Shown here one piece after another: positions 10,909 to 24,934 of a stretch of DNA of 64,000 bases. This stretch comes from Rhina ancylostomus (Eukaryota), in NCBI GenBank assembly GCA_030265395.1, contig JARFYF010000084.1, positions 60,377,100 through 60,441,099 of the forward strand, in the 5' to 3' direction. The stretch's first letter is position 1. The number at the start of each line of letters is the position of its first letter. Below the pieces are notes generated by a model. It worked only from the letters and a program-made list of their open reading frames with translations. It had not been told where the DNA came from and made no database searches. The position numbers and the translations under genes were made by a program.

Positions 10909-11419
10909 TGGAGGAGAAGTTGTAGGTAGTGGTGTTCCCATGAAACCGCTGCCCTTGTGCTTCTTGGGGGTCAGAATAGCCCAAGTGAGTAACTGCAGTG
11001 CATTTTGTAAATGGTACACACCGCAGCCATTGTACAGCAGTGGTGCTGCAAGTGAATGTTCAGGGTAGTGGATGAGGTGTCAGTCAAGCTTTATCCTGGT
11101 CGGTATTAAACATAACATTGTTGGACCTTCATCATCTAGGCAGGTGATTGAGCTCATATTTAAAATCATTCGTATTTCAGCTTGTTATTCAACCCCAATC
11201 ACACTCCTGATTTGTGCCTTGCAGATGGTGGAAGGAATGGAGTTGTTTGCCACAGGATGACCAGGCTCTGACACCTCTTGCAGTCACAGTATTGATATGG
11301 GTGGCCCACAGAAATTTCTGATTAATGATTTCCACCCCTCCCCCTCCCCCACAGCCACCCAGAATGTTGATGCAATGCTTATGAATGGTAATGGTGTGCA
11401 GTGTCAATAGCAATGACTT

Positions 11420-11750
11420 ACAAGCACAAAATGCTGGCGGAACTCAGCAGGTCAGGTCGCAACTATGGAGGGAAATGAACAGTCGATGATTNNNNNNNNN
11501 NNNNNNNNNNNNNNNNNNNNNNNNNNNNNNNNNNNNNNNNNNNNNNNNNNNNNNNNNNNNNNNNNNNNNNNNNNNNNNNNNNNNNNNGTGAACCCAGGTG
11601 AGAAGGGTAAGATAGGGAGGTAGGAGAGGGGAGGTGAAAGGGAATGATGTGAGAAGCTGGAAGGTAATAGGTGGAAGAGGCAAAGGGCTGAAGAAGAAGA
11701 AATCTGATAGGAGAGGACAGTAGGCCATGGAATAAAGGGAAGAAGGTGCA
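11420..11750 (-). mobile_element. PLE terminal repeat fragment spanning a gap
   Basis: aaatgctggcggaactcagcaggtcagg arm plus a purine-rich body. Same family as 32045-32335. Confidence 0.65.
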
Positions 11751-12278
11751 CAGGTCTTATTGGAGATGGGCATTGTCACACACCTATGTGACACAAATGT
11801 CACTTGCCACTTATCCGGCAATGTCTAGCTCTTGCTGCAAGCAGGCATGAGGTTATTTTCTGAAGAATTACAAATTGACTTGAATTGAATATTGTGCAAC
11901 CATATCTCCAGTTCTGACTTTATAATGGAAGGAAGGTCAGTGATGAAGCAGCTGAAGATGATTGGGACTTAGACACTGACTGTCATAACTTTGCTGATGA
12001 TTGAGAATAGATTGAGTGGTCAGATATGTCCTGCTTTTAGTATACAGATAAACTGGTAAATTGTTTTATTATTGTCACACGTACAGAAGTAAAGTGAAAA
12101 ACTTTGCTTTGTATGCCATCCATACAGATAATTCCACAACGTCAGTGCATTGAGGTAGTACAAGGGAATAAAAATAAAAGAATGCAGAATAAAGTGTTAC
12201 AGTTACAGAGAAAGTACAGTGCAGGGAGACAATAAGGTGCAAGATCATACCCAGGGCATACCTGGGCAGATTTTTGAC

Positions 12279-12473
12279 CAACAATCTGCTGGAGGAACTC
12301 AGTGGGTCAAGCAGCATCTGTGGGAGGGAAGAAATTTTGATGTTTGGGTCAAAACCCTGCATGAGGAATGTCGACAATTCCTTTCCTCCCACGGATGCTG
12401 CTTTTCCCGTTGAGTCCTCCAGCAGATTGTTTGTTGCTCCAGATTCCAGCATCTACAATCTCTTTTGTCTCCA
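12279..12473. mobile_element. Fold-back PLE terminal-repeat insertion
   Basis: Inverted arms caatctgctggaggaactcag.. / ..gagtcctccagcagattg. 9-bp TSD ATTTTTGAC at 12270-12278 and 12474-12482. Confidence 0.8.
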
Positions 12474-13715
12474 ATTTTTGACAAGACATTTGCATTGCTG
12501 GAGACAAGTCTGGTGCTGTAGAAATTTTTCAGCGCCACAGTTCAGACATTACTGGTCCCATAACTTTTGTTTTATCCAATGCAGTCAACTTTTTCTTGGT
12601 ATACTCAAAGTGAATCACTCCTGCTGAAAAAGACTGACATCTGTGATTGAGGAAACTTCAGGAAAGGGAGAGATGGATTTTTCAATAGGCACTTCTGGCT
12701 GAAGATGGTAGTAAACTCTTTAGCCTTGACTTTGACACTCATGCTGGATTCCGCTAATATTTAAGGTAAGGATGTTCTTGGAACCTTCTCCTCCTGATAG
12801 CTATTTAATTTTCCACCATCATTCACNNNNNNNNNNNNNNNNNNNNNNNNNTTTAGTTTGATCCATTGGATGTAAGTCACATAGCTGAAGTTTCAGCTTT
12901 AAGTTACAAATACAAGTTACCGTTGAACTGTTTAAGCACATTCATCAACAATTTTGTTAGCATAGTTGTCATTAGTATAAAATACCATATATTTTTATTA
13001 TAACATTTAACTTTGTTATCGCTGTCACCTTTGCTGTCCAGTCTCTGAAGAAATGAGGGTGTTATCAATCGTGCCTGTTATCTCAAAACCTGAAGGCACA
13101 AAATGGTAATTAATACTATTTAACATGAGTGCACATATGGAGGTAAAATGGATATGCCAAGAGCTCTTTAACTATAAAGAAAATCAGATTAAAATATTAA
13201 TTTACTGATAAATATTACATTAAATATGCCAAATTCTTTTTTATTCTTTGTCATAAAATAAAATCTTGCTATATTAAGAAACCACCCAAATGCTACTGAG
13301 ATTGTTAGATACCCATGGAGATATTTAACTCTCTTTTAAATATGATTAGAGGATCAACGTCACTTACTTATTCAGCTCCATGGTGGATTGTTCTATCCTG
13401 GATTTATTGATTAATTTATGAAGAAATAAGGCAGTGATTAGTAAATTCTTTGATGAAAGGGAATTTATGCGTACATATATTTGGCAGTTAACTAAAATGA
13501 TTTGAAAATAGGTTAACCCTCTGGGGTCCACAACAGCAACAATACAGAATGCATTTTTCAGTTTATTCCATAAATTCTGAAAATTAAATATTCTTTCTAC
13601 TTCCTTAACTTTGTTCTACTCTTAGGAATTTTGAGACAGCTTCAAAGATATCGTAGTCACAACAAATTACATATTGCTTCAAAGGTACAATAGTCACAAT
13701 AAACTACATGGTAAT

Positions 13716-13752
13716 ACACAGACACACAGACACACACACAGACACACACACA
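13716..13752. repeat. (CA)n/(GACACACA)n microsatellite
   Basis: Directly visible: acacagacacacagacacacacacagacacacacacag. Confidence 0.9.
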
Positions 13753-13974
13753 GAGCCACAGAGTTCTCCAAGCAGTTTTCCAGCATGTGAGAAAATTCTT
13801 CAGAAAACAAGTAGAAAATTCATTACAGTTCTTCAAGCTATAACTTGGAAAGGTTTCCATCGAAAACTTTCCACACTCTGATGCAGTTGCCTCCCACTCT
13901 CTTTTCCTGCGTCTCTTTATAATTGATGTTCTCTCCCAATTGGAACATCTATTCATGGCCTCCACTAGAAAACA

Positions 13975-15218
13975 CTAGAAGAACTCAACAGGTCAAGCAA
14001 CATCTGTGGAGGTAAAAGGTGTAAGTTAATGTTCCAGGACAAGACCTTGCATCAAGACTGAGCGGAAATGGGAAAGGTTGCCAGTATATAGCAGTACGAA
14101 GGAGAATGGGATGGAGGCTGGTTGTTGATGGAAAGAACCAAGTGGGGAGGGGATGATGGATAGGAGATGGGAACCAGATGTGGGGGGGGGGGGTGGGGGC
14201 GGAGAGGATGGGAGGGATGAACAAAGAGAGAGGAAAACTAGATGGACAGATTTGTATGGGAAGAGAACTCAGAGGTTGTGGGTTACCTGAAATGAAATGG
14301 TTGAAGGCATGAGCAGTGTCCCGGATGTAAGTGAGAAGGATCTGGACAAAGGGAGACAGGATAGAGTCTAGTTATGAAGAATTGAGTCCAGGGAGCAAGA
14401 GCAGGCAGAAACAACTGGCCTACCAGGGCAGTCCTTTTTATGGATCTTAAAAGAGAGAGAGATAGAAGTGGGCAGTGTGGGGTTGGGGCACTATGAGCTA
14501 TCAGAAAGCTGACGTCTGGCCCTACAAAGTTGAGGTCAGTGTGTCAGACGACGACAGCCCCCCCCCATTGTCTGCTGGTCTGATGAAGAAGTTGGGATTG
14601 GTCTGAAGTGAGGAGAGTGCTGCATGTTCAGAGGAGACTTCAGACCAGGTGCTGATGTAGTCTGGCACACTGACCTCTACCTACTGAGGCCAGATGCCAG
14701 CTTTCTGACACCTCCTCATTCATCCCTCTGAACCATGACTTCACTAATGAACACCAGGCCACCATCTCCTAAACCATTACAGATCTCATCAAATCAGGGG
14801 ATTTTCCCTCCACAGTCTCCAGCCTCATAGTTCCACAAGCCTACGCTGCCCGCTTCGATCTCTTATGTCAGATCCACAAACAGGACTGTACTGGTAGAAC
14901 CATTATTTGCCTGCTTTTGCCCCATTGAACTCATTACCTTGTACCTATTTCCCCTTCTCCAGTCCCTCTCCACTTATATTTGGGACACCTCTCATGCCGT
15001 CCACCATTTCTCCATCTATCACCTACCAGCCTCTATCCTACCCCCTTTCATACTTGCTATATGCTGACAATCTTTCCTGTTCTCTCTCAATCTCATTGCA
15101 GGGTCTTGACCTGAATTCTCAACTTACACCTTTTGCCTCCACACATGCTGCTTGACCCGCTGAATCTTCCAGCGTTCTGCTCTTGTTCTAGATTCCAGCA
15201 TCTGCAGTCTCTTTTGAC
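13975..15218. mobile_element. Large inverted (head-to-head) pair of PLE fragments
   Basis: The terminal arms are reverse complements. Internal 14500-14560 (tcagaaagctgacgtctggcc..gaggtcagtgtgtcagac) is the reverse complement of 14660-14710. Both sides contain the KPADKGGAVVVW..DLY-type PLE RT N-terminal remnant. Confidence 0.7.
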
Positions 15219-18200
15219 AATACTAGCACTAATTTGAACTTTGTTGCAAACGGAGATAGGTTAATTAACATATTTTATCCCCATCTGTCACTGTAACTAG
15301 GCCATGAACACCACTTTGTCTGAATTTGACCTTAGAATATATATAGTGTACAAAACTTAACTCCTCTGTCCTCCATCTAAATGACTTAGCTAGTCAGTGA
15401 AAAAAGTAGGATATACTCATGTGGTTTAAATAATTGCTTAGCCTCACACTGTTATTGATCGGAACTGTATGGGATCTATTCCAGTACTGCTGATGTCTGT
15501 GCTGAAGAATGAACCATTTTGTCAAACTCATCAAAAAATAGGTTCTCTTGCAGCATATACATTTGCATAATTAGTTATAGATCCCTAGACCAGGGAACTT
15601 GTGAACTGCCCTACTTTATTAAGTTGTTGCTGGATTTTGAAATGCATGCATTTTAAAGTTATCAGGTCAAAGTCCCAGATTCCACTTGCTCATTTTTATT
15701 TAGAACCATTCTGTCTGGTCTTAGAGTTTAAATTAGATTTTCTCATAATAGAACTGCTTTTTTTGTTCAAATAATTTGTTCATTCAAATTTGAAATGTTA
15801 TCTTTGGGGAATGGAAAACCCTTTTCCTATTTTGCTGCTTTCCCAAATAGTTGCTGGTCAGGCTTAGTAGCACCTGTGTCTACATGAGTGCTACTTTTTT
15901 TATTCGAGCTATTTTTATTAGGTCTTACCAGTTACTGTAATGTAACTGAAAAGGAACTAAACAATCTGTATAGAGTGGTTTGAGCCCAAGACACAGAGAT
16001 GAAGGGATGGGGTGCTTGTGTATTAGGTCATGCTTTTAGTTTAAGTATTTTTTCCACTGTTACATTTCTGCCGTGCTTGCAGAATTAGTCATTTCCGATG
16101 TGCCAACCCTCTCCCATATTTCTTCATCACCAACTTGGCTCTCGCCTGCTGCCAATAGAAGCTGCCTGCGTGGCTATAATAGCAGGTTATCACTGACTGA
16201 GAAGATGCATGCTGCTTGGANNNNNNNNNNNNNNNNNNNNNNNNNNNNNNNNNNNNNNNNNNNNNNNNNNNNNNNNNNNNNNNNNNNNNNNNNNNNNNNN
16301 NNNNNNNNNNNNNNNNNNNNGTGCTTTTGTTCTAGATTCCAGCATCTGCAGTCTCTTTTGCATTCATTGCCTTCAGTTTATTGATGCCAGGGTAACTATT
16401 GTTCCTCTCAACTCTTGTTTATCTCTGTGCTACCAGTATATCCCTCCATTCTCCCTCATCTTTGGATTTTAACTGGGCTGAAATCATGTTTATTGCACAA
16501 TCTCTATGTCAGACTCATTAATTGCCAAGCTGTCACTATAATGCCCCTAAATTTCAGTGGTTTTCTCTTTGTTTTAAAGATGCAGTACTTTAAGAACTCA
16601 AGCTTGGCCTTATCCAACTACTCCTTTGTTTATTAGTTCATTCCTCCTACATTTTGTTTCAACTTAGTAGCTTTTGGGAACATGGGTTTTGCTGTTTTCA
16701 TTTAATTTTGCAATTTAAAGAAACCATAACTCGATTGTTGACCTATCCTCTCCTGACATAAGCAGAACACGGAAGGGAGTATATAGATTTATCTTCTTTC
16801 CAGAGATTGTTGCACTATACCTATCAGTTGATAACATGAGTGACTGAACAGTAAGCCACATTTATACTCCTGGATCACATTTATAGGATTAGAAGAAAGC
16901 CAGCAAGCAGGGTACAGGTACTCAACTATATGTCTGCAGTGCTATCTACCAACACCCAGAGGCAAACTATTCTTGCTAACTGAGAAATATCAACAATTAT
17001 CTCAACCTTTCTTCAGCCATTCTGAATTTTAAGTCTATCAGACAACAGTAGCTTACATTCACATGCAGATTTCCCACAGAAACTAAATTCTCAAAGGTGC
17101 TTCACAGAAAAATAATCAAGATTAAAAATGAATACTGAGCATAAGAAACTAATGCAAGGAGTGGAAATGGCTTTTCTGTAATTTTCTAAATGGAGAGAAA
17201 GATAGGATAGCAAAATGTCTTTAAAGTAAGATACTCAACCAATTGGTTTCCCATCCTTTACAGTTTTACAGTTGTTTCAAAGCAAAACAAAGAAAAGGCA
17301 GATAATATGGTTTTCTTCAATTCAACAGCACAAAGCTTTTGTGCATTAATTAATGGTGGCAAACTTCTGGATTTCTATTTTGGACACTCTGCGTGTATGA
17401 TACACATAATGTCACTTTGTGTAAATGAGGCCTATGAACATGGTTTGTATAAAGAAAGCAGGCTTTAATTAGATGGTTGAGATTTGATTTGCCTCTAATT
17501 AAAGGGTGCCCTCTTGTAACCAGTTCACTGCCAGTGAGCCCAAGGTAGGTTCTCTTTTACATGTTTTCCTTTGAACTTACTTCTACCTAGCCCTCTTGCT
17601 GTTGACACCCTGAGGCACCATCCACCTGATCAGGCCTGATGCAGGGTCATGACCTAAATGTCAATTATTCCTTTGGTCTCCACAGACGCTGCTCGACCTG
17701 TTTCTGCAGTCTCTTGTGTATCCAACTAATCATCTCTGCATCCAGTGCTAATTACACCACTCATTGCCACCACTGAAGCTCTGTCCAATTCTCTTCTCCC
17801 ATTGAGATCCCACTGCTGAGCCAGCCTAATCCTTACCCAATAGATACCCTCTACCCTTGTGATCTTCTCTTACCCATCTGGTCTCAGTCCTGTCAACTTC
17901 CTAACTGATTACTCCATCTCTCTTAAACCTAATATAATTCTTTCTCTTGCCCTCACTCAATTGATTCCACCTTCCCTACCAAAGACCTCTACTCGCCTCC
18001 CCAGCCTCTACTCTCCTCCCCACTAACTTTCCAGGGCTGTCTCAACAACTCTCCTAGCTAGCAATTCAATGCAAAAGATGTTAATTTCCTACATTTACAC
18101 AGCCTCTGAGCTGGAACTGAGTTTTTGAGAACTGTTACTGTCTCCCAATGCTGCAGGTGGGCAGTTGGAGGGGTGACTGATGATTTTGGACTCATTTAAT

Positions 18201-21200
18201 GCAAATATCAAAATAATTCATTCTGAAACAACCCACCCCTACCCTGAACTGTCTCCTATCCTCTCCCTTCCCTACAATAACAAAAATAATTTTTCTGCAC
18301 TTAAAGTGTTACTTTCTTTGGTGAAAATTTCAACAGTATATGGAGAGTTTGTTCAATTAATAATTAAGATGGGGATTTGAATCTCTGATCCACACTATTA
18401 TTCATACAGGCAGAAAGACTTATGTTTAATGAAAGCAACTTAATAGGGCGAAAACTATGATTTTAGAAAAACAAGCCTGTAATCTTCCAGCACACATATC
18501 TCGCACTGTTCCTGAAGTGGAGAGTTAAATTAGAACTCTCTTATGAAATCAGTTACATATTCTGAAGTATAATCATATTTAATGCATTCAAATCCCACAT
18601 AGTTGCATAAGCTTATTCTTAAATTAGTCTAAGTGATTGAAATTACAATAATGCAGATGTTTCTAGTTGACATTTTTGCTTTTGAAATTGCCTTTAAAAT
18701 GAAAATCATACATATTAGTTCTATGTGGTGGACTGACAATGGTCTACAATCCAAAAAGATTATATATTGGTTCCATTATTCACAAATGTATTTTGAATGG
18801 GGCCACCCTTTTGAAAATTCTTTGGCAAGTTGTTTCTCTATCAAATAAGCACAAACACAGTTATAAAATCACACTGGACAATAGAGGGGGAATTTAACAG
18901 TCAAGGGTGGAAGAACTGGGGTTGGAGCACTGCTAAATTCAGTGTAATCAGAGTCACAAACTGCCTCCAGCCCATCAGCTTTTGTGTTTTATCAAGGCTT
19001 GTTTGTCTGCACCCAACTAATATTCACCAGTTGGCACAATCATTAGGATAGGCAGGAGGGTAATGAAAATGTTATTTAAGGCGATAATTGGATACAAGCG
19101 AGGGTCCTTCCATAGAAAATTAATTTTCCTTCAGATTTAATGAATTCAGCCTGGGTGTTCTGGGGCTCTGGGAACTGATCAATATAAAAGAGACGAGCCT
19201 CAACTGCACATCTGGAGATTCATCAGCCCTAATTTAATCAATGCTCACTTTCTGCAAATGCTTTCTTGGTTCTCTCTGGTCAAACTTTAGCAGAATTTCT
19301 GTCACTACACAATCAGTGGAGAACTATAGAGTCTCACATCAGCAATGTCAAAGGTGGTTGACAACAAATAATATCATAGGTCCGCAGGAATGGAATCAAC
19401 TGATACCAAGTGAGGTGCCCAGCAGTGAAGCCTGAATACCTGATCAAAGCTCCACAAGAACTGTCTACATGTGTTGGGTTTGGGTTGGTGTGAAAAGTTC
19501 TCGGGCTTGGATTTGGATTGACCATAGGTGGGCCAGCTTCAGCTTTTAATTTTAGGCCTTTGCACATCTTACAAAGGTGAGAGGTATACAGGAGAGAGGT
19601 GCCAGAAATGACATGTCCAGGAGAGAGTCCTGGTTTTGGTTACCAAAAAATACGCATAAAATACGATGTTTTAAAAACCTGTTTCATTCACAAATGTCCT
19701 TGACAGTGACCTTGACAGTGATGGCTACATCCTGTGAATAAAAGAAATGTCCAGGGAGGTATCCTTCAACTTGGGTACTGCCTTTCCCTCTGGGCATCCA
19801 TCCTGAACACCTCTGACCTCTTGCAAGTGCTATTTCTAAATTGTCTCTTTAAATGGAAGTAAAATTGCTTAATGGGGAGCATATCACTCAATTGTACACT
19901 GTGAAAATGCAAAACAAGGGACTCAGAATTTATTACATCCATCAAGCTGAGATCAGAGAACCTGACACATTGACTTGATTGCTGGGTTTCTGGCTCAGAA
20001 GCAGTCTTCACATTAATAATGGGGCCTTATAGTCATAAAAAAGATTCCAACTAACATCTTTGATGAAGGCAGTAACTTGGACAGAAGTTCTCTGAGTGAT
20101 TTTTGAGCTTTGTTTCATTCCACATTGAAGCAAGTGATAGACTGGATTGGATTTTATACAGAATTGCTGTTAAAATTCAAGTACTACTCTTTATTTAGGT
20201 TCTGCTAATGCCTTATTGCATAATTCCGTCTGAGCTACCTCAGTGATAAACAGTTCCTGTGGTGGTGAAAAGAATAATTAAGACAAATGTTGGAAGGGAA
20301 ATCTAATCCAATTTCACTGTTCAGTTATTTTTAACTATTATTAAAGATAAGTGACACCTGTTGTTAACAAATCTAATGTGGCTAAAAGCNNNNNNNNNNN
20401 NNNNNNNNNNNNNNNNNNNNNNNNNNNNNNNNNNNNNNNNNNNNNNNNNNNNNNNNNNNNNNNNNNNNNNNNNNNNNNNNNNNNNNNNNAATCTAATGTG
20501 GCTAAAAGCAGAACTGAAGTAAAGACAGTCAGCTGGAACAGGAATGTTACCATAATGGGGATACTTGCAGGTCCTGGGGAGAAAAAGGAGCAATATTTAT
20601 CACAGATATGGTGGGGACAAGGTGAGCAATAATTAGAAATTAATATGACGCAGGAGTGCAGTGGAAATAGTTTGGAGGGTCAGAGGAACTGAGCAGCCAG
20701 AGTTAAAATTCAATTGGGAAAGTGTGTCATTGGTGTACTTGAAAGATTCTTCAGTGACCAGTTGTTCTGTCCGTGGCCATTAAATGCACTGAAATCATTA
20801 AGTATCTTACTACAGGTTCACCCCAATCTCCATGAGGTAGTTTTATTAATCTTAGCAGGAATAAGAAAGGCAGAAAGTGACTAATGGACTGAAGCTTGTT
20901 GGATTCATTAGATTTTTTCAGCAGTTTATAGAAATAGTTTACTATAAAGATAATATATTGGGAACAAAAATCCATGAATGCAAGGAGCACCTTTATAGAC
21001 ATACAGGGGTGATTTTGCACTGATGCACCACCACTGAGTTTGCAAGGTCTGTGAATCGTAAGGTGGCTCTTAACTGGAATGGCAGCGACAAGTTCCCGCA
21101 CTAGAGGTGACATGTCTGGATCATTTCCTATGGATTGATATAGGGATCAGTGGTTGGACTTTGTGGTGATGGTATTTTGAACTGGTTTGGCCAAAAAGAC

Positions 21201-21499
21201 AATAAATTATGCTCAGTGGCCTTATTTGTAAAGGGCACATTCATAAAAATAAAGTTAAAAGCCCACACTATATCAGTCTTCTTTGCTTTATACCTGTCTA
21301 AAGGTTGGATGTGAGAAAACATTGTGCAAGACCTGAATCTAATGTAGCTACTTCGAGATCTGTCTTCTTGTAGATCAGTGGAAATAGTGATGGATTCCTC
21401 AGTGTGAACATCAGAATGAGGTTCCTGTCTTTCAAGAGGAACCACAGTTGGCTGATCCACACCATCACCCTCATTCATTCCCACCCCTTCAAATAACAA

Positions 21500-22060
21500 A
21501 ACTATTCCAGAAAATGGCAGACCTAGCCAGCCGCCTAAGTATGCAGCATTTTAAACTGAAAGAAGTACAAGGAAATTGTTGTCTTTCAGTAAGTATTTGA
21601 GCACTAGATTGTGGAAAGGGGGAGGTAAAAGTGTCAATTTTGCACCCCCTGCTGGAAATACAATGGAAGAAAATGTGTGAAGGAGAGTGACTGAGGAGCA
21701 AAACATATGGTTTGCAGGAATAGTTCCTCTGAATGCTGAAAGAGGAGGCAAGGAGAAGATGTGTTTGGTGGTGGAATTGATGGAAATATATTGAACTTGG
21801 AAACTTATGCAATGAAAGGTGAAGGCAAATAAAGTCCTGGACCTAGGAGGATGAGGAAGAAAAGAGAACAAAGCTGGGAAACAAATTGGTCACACTCGTG
21901 GTCCTGTTAATTGTGTTGGAGGGGAATGCTAGGAAAAAGATATTAAAATCATTTATGTGAAAGGAGGCAACTTTAGAGCACAAGTAAAGGAGAATGGAAT
22001 TGAGGGGTTTTTTTTGGAAGAAAGTTTGGATGATAGTCAAGAAAACTGTAGTTCATAGTA
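21500..22060 (-). mobile_element. Highly decayed PLE fragment
   Basis: Purine-rich + strand similar to 6180-6300 and 6975-7130. Confidence 0.45.
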
Positions 22061-24132
22061 GATAGATATATGAAGGATTCATAATTAAGGCAGAATATTC
22101 CTGCTTTCTGGACCAAAGCTTATTTTGGGCAATGGGAAGATTTTCCCCGGTCTATATAGAATTAGTTTTAGAAAGCTGACAGGGAAGCTCGCTGGAAGAC
22201 CGCTCCTGCTCCTACAGACCCCACAAATTTGTTTTGGATGGATCAGCAGTACAACCCATTAGTGCGCAGTGCCAGCCAGTACCCCAAATAAGGCACAGCA
22301 GCTGAGACACTTTGATTGCCAGTAACAGGCCAGTAAGTATGCCAACCATCAACCATATTTTTTAAAGTTGTTTGAATTCTATTAATGCCAATTGTATTAG
22401 CAACTCCTCTGATTTCTTCTGAAGTTATTTTTACATTTTTTAATCACTTCACAAGGAGTAGCAGACTTGGCCAAGGGATTGGCTTCTGCTAAAGAACAGG
22501 GATAGAATGTAATCCCTGAACTGTAAAAATTCACTTAATTTTGGGCCTCAATCTTCATCTGCATCATGCTGCAGATGCCTCCTGAGTTTTCTTGGGCAGT
22601 TCTATGCCAAGACCATATTCATTCTGAACTGCTACCAATGATGCAGATGTATCAGTAAGCAGGGTGAGACATCTGCTAAGAAGTGGGGATCAGGAGGAAG
22701 CTGAGGAAGTTGTTGCAGGAGGGTTGAGTGATGGCCACCAATGAGGTAAGAATTTTCTGTGGGTTGGGAAAAGCAATCACTTACTTCCCAGTTTTGTTAT
22801 AAAATCACCTTTACATGCTGCCCTCCAGGGGGACCATAAAGGGTAAGGCTGCTTGTAGACCTAGTTTTCTTGAATTCAAGTGTCTGCAACTGATTCAGAA
22901 CAAAGTAGTTTGGTAAAGGAAGCAGTACAAGGCTTCTAATCTGTATCCACAAAGCTTAATAACTGGCACTGAAGTACCAATTCAGTGGACAGAGTAATTC
23001 TAACAAAGAATGCTCACCAAACACAAACCACCATTTAGAATGTTTTGGCACTAACTGTGTACCCAAAAAACCGGCATCATTGAATTTCTAACACAATATT
23101 TTTTTTTGTTCATGCAAAGAAGAAATCTGCCCTGTTTTATTAATATTAAAATATATACTGACCACTTTAATAAAAAATTACAGCAACTTGATTTTATAGA
23201 ACATTTAATTATTTTTTAATATAATTTTCACTTCTCTCTTCTGCCATGTAATCATTGTTTTTTTTTCCCTGACTACATAATCTAACCTCCAAATCTTTCA
23301 AGTATGGGGTGGAAAAAGGTAAGTAAATAACTTTCAGCCTTCAGTGACTGAGGAACCTTGTCTAATGCAGTTTCTTCAAAACAACCATTTTCATCCAACA
23401 GCATGTAATTTGGCAATATTTTCACTCTTACTCATTTTCTCCTGACATTTACAGCTATTACTCCAACTACTTTGGCTTAATTTAGTAAGGGATCATTCTC
23501 CTGTGGGCTTGGTGCTGTGCGCAAAGTTCTGTGTGCAGAGAGACTGAAGGGCCTTTTATAAGAACTGCCGCTGCATGAGCATCACGTGGCATGGTTCAGT
23601 TCAAGTGCAAGCAGCTGCTGTTTACTTGAACTCCAAGGTTTAGAGCATGAATAAAAATGCATTTAAGACTTTCAGAACAAAAGTCAATAGCCAAGATAGG
23701 AATTATGTCAACTCATATTTCCAAAGCAGATATCTTACTCTGATGATATATGCTGTACTTTCATCTGTGTGTTAATGCTGTATTTTAACCCGTCAGTGAA
23801 CACATAATGTAACTATCGGTGGCTTAAAAATTCTTCTGTTCCCAGCTAGATGTGTTGAAACACTGATATGTGGCATGCTGATGGTATTTCAAGTAGCTGC
23901 AAGAGCATCATAATCTGCCTTTGTGACTCTTGTGCAACAACATTGAGGGATTTGAACTCAAATAGCACCGTTTCTTCAGCTTCAGTACAGGTCAATAAAC
24001 TGACCTGTACAGTGTCTTGCACCTGCTGATACTTAGCTACCCAGTTGCAGCCTTAAGGTCCAGCCTTAAAGTAGCACATGCACCATGCAAGTACTACTTT
24101 TGCAACCTATGCAAAGTGCTGCAGTGAGCAAA

Positions 24133-24720
24133 ATGGCAGCTGTGCAACTTGGAAGGAGAGGGACCATGCTCCCAAGTTTGCAGAAAGGGGCCTGGCTAGA
24201 CTGATGGATAAGATCATAGGACGTGAGGTCCTGTGTGCTGGGAGCCACAGAATTCTTACAGAGGGCAATAGTCAGGCAGGAGATCACTAGGGAGATCTCT
24301 GATAGAAGTATGACACTATGAAGAAGGGACAAAAATCTCAAGGAGTATCACTGCCATGAACAATATGTGAAAGTGAGATCTTAGCACTCAATGCTCTTTA
24401 ATGCCACGTACAATCTTTTGTTGCATCTCATTTCACATGACACCACAGTCCCAAATACACAGACAGCCTTGCACCACTACTTCTTCACCCCTAGCCACAT
24501 ACACAAGGAATCAATTATGGTAAGTGCGTAATACATGAACATCTTTTACCGTACATAGTGTCTTACAGTCAACAATTTCTTGAAAGAGGCCACAGGTGCT
24601 GCAGAATGAAACAGTTCCTGATCAGTGACAGATAATAACCAGCCTGAAAGACTGGGTCCTCAGATTGAGGTGTGTTAGGGAGTTGAGCTCCAGGTGCCAG
24701 TGGCAGCTGAATGGCTTGTA
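24133..24720 (+). pseudogene. Decayed Harbinger-associated Myb/SANT (NAIF1-like) gene
   Basis: RDHAPKFAERGLARLMDKIIGREVL, then (frameshifted) RQEITREISDRSMTL*RRDKNLKEYHCHEQYVK with donor-like gtgag at 24373. Later IITSLKDWVLRL. This parallels RAPRFSxxxLxxLxxxVxxRxxVL..WxEIAxEVSxRS..R...C.KKFNDL...K|..LTxxExxVL. Confidence 0.55.
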
Positions 24721-24934
24721 ATCTAGCAGGTAACTAATCAGGTAATGATTCAACAACACGACTCAGAGTGAGAGGGGATGACAGTAGGACTGGTTATTAG
24801 ATATATTAATAGGTATTTTCATTCAGTAAAGAATCCAAAAATCCAAAAGGCCATCTTGTCAGATACAATGCTCTTGTTTAGAAATTTCAGGATTCAGACC
24901 CAGCAACAATGAAGGACCAGTGATATATTCCACA

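Larger units (their letters stand above)
10910..12890 (-). mobile_element. CR1/L2-group LINE RT fragments interrupted by PLE repeats
   Basis: PDKWQVTFVSHRCVTMPISNK (WADKWQVTFAPxKCxxMxISNK motif). Related sequence at 24935-25225. Confidence 0.55.

Noticed and set aside
19689-19722. Tandem ccttgacagtga duplication with TGACAG (MEIS-like) sites
   Set aside because: A simple short slippage duplication with no further support.
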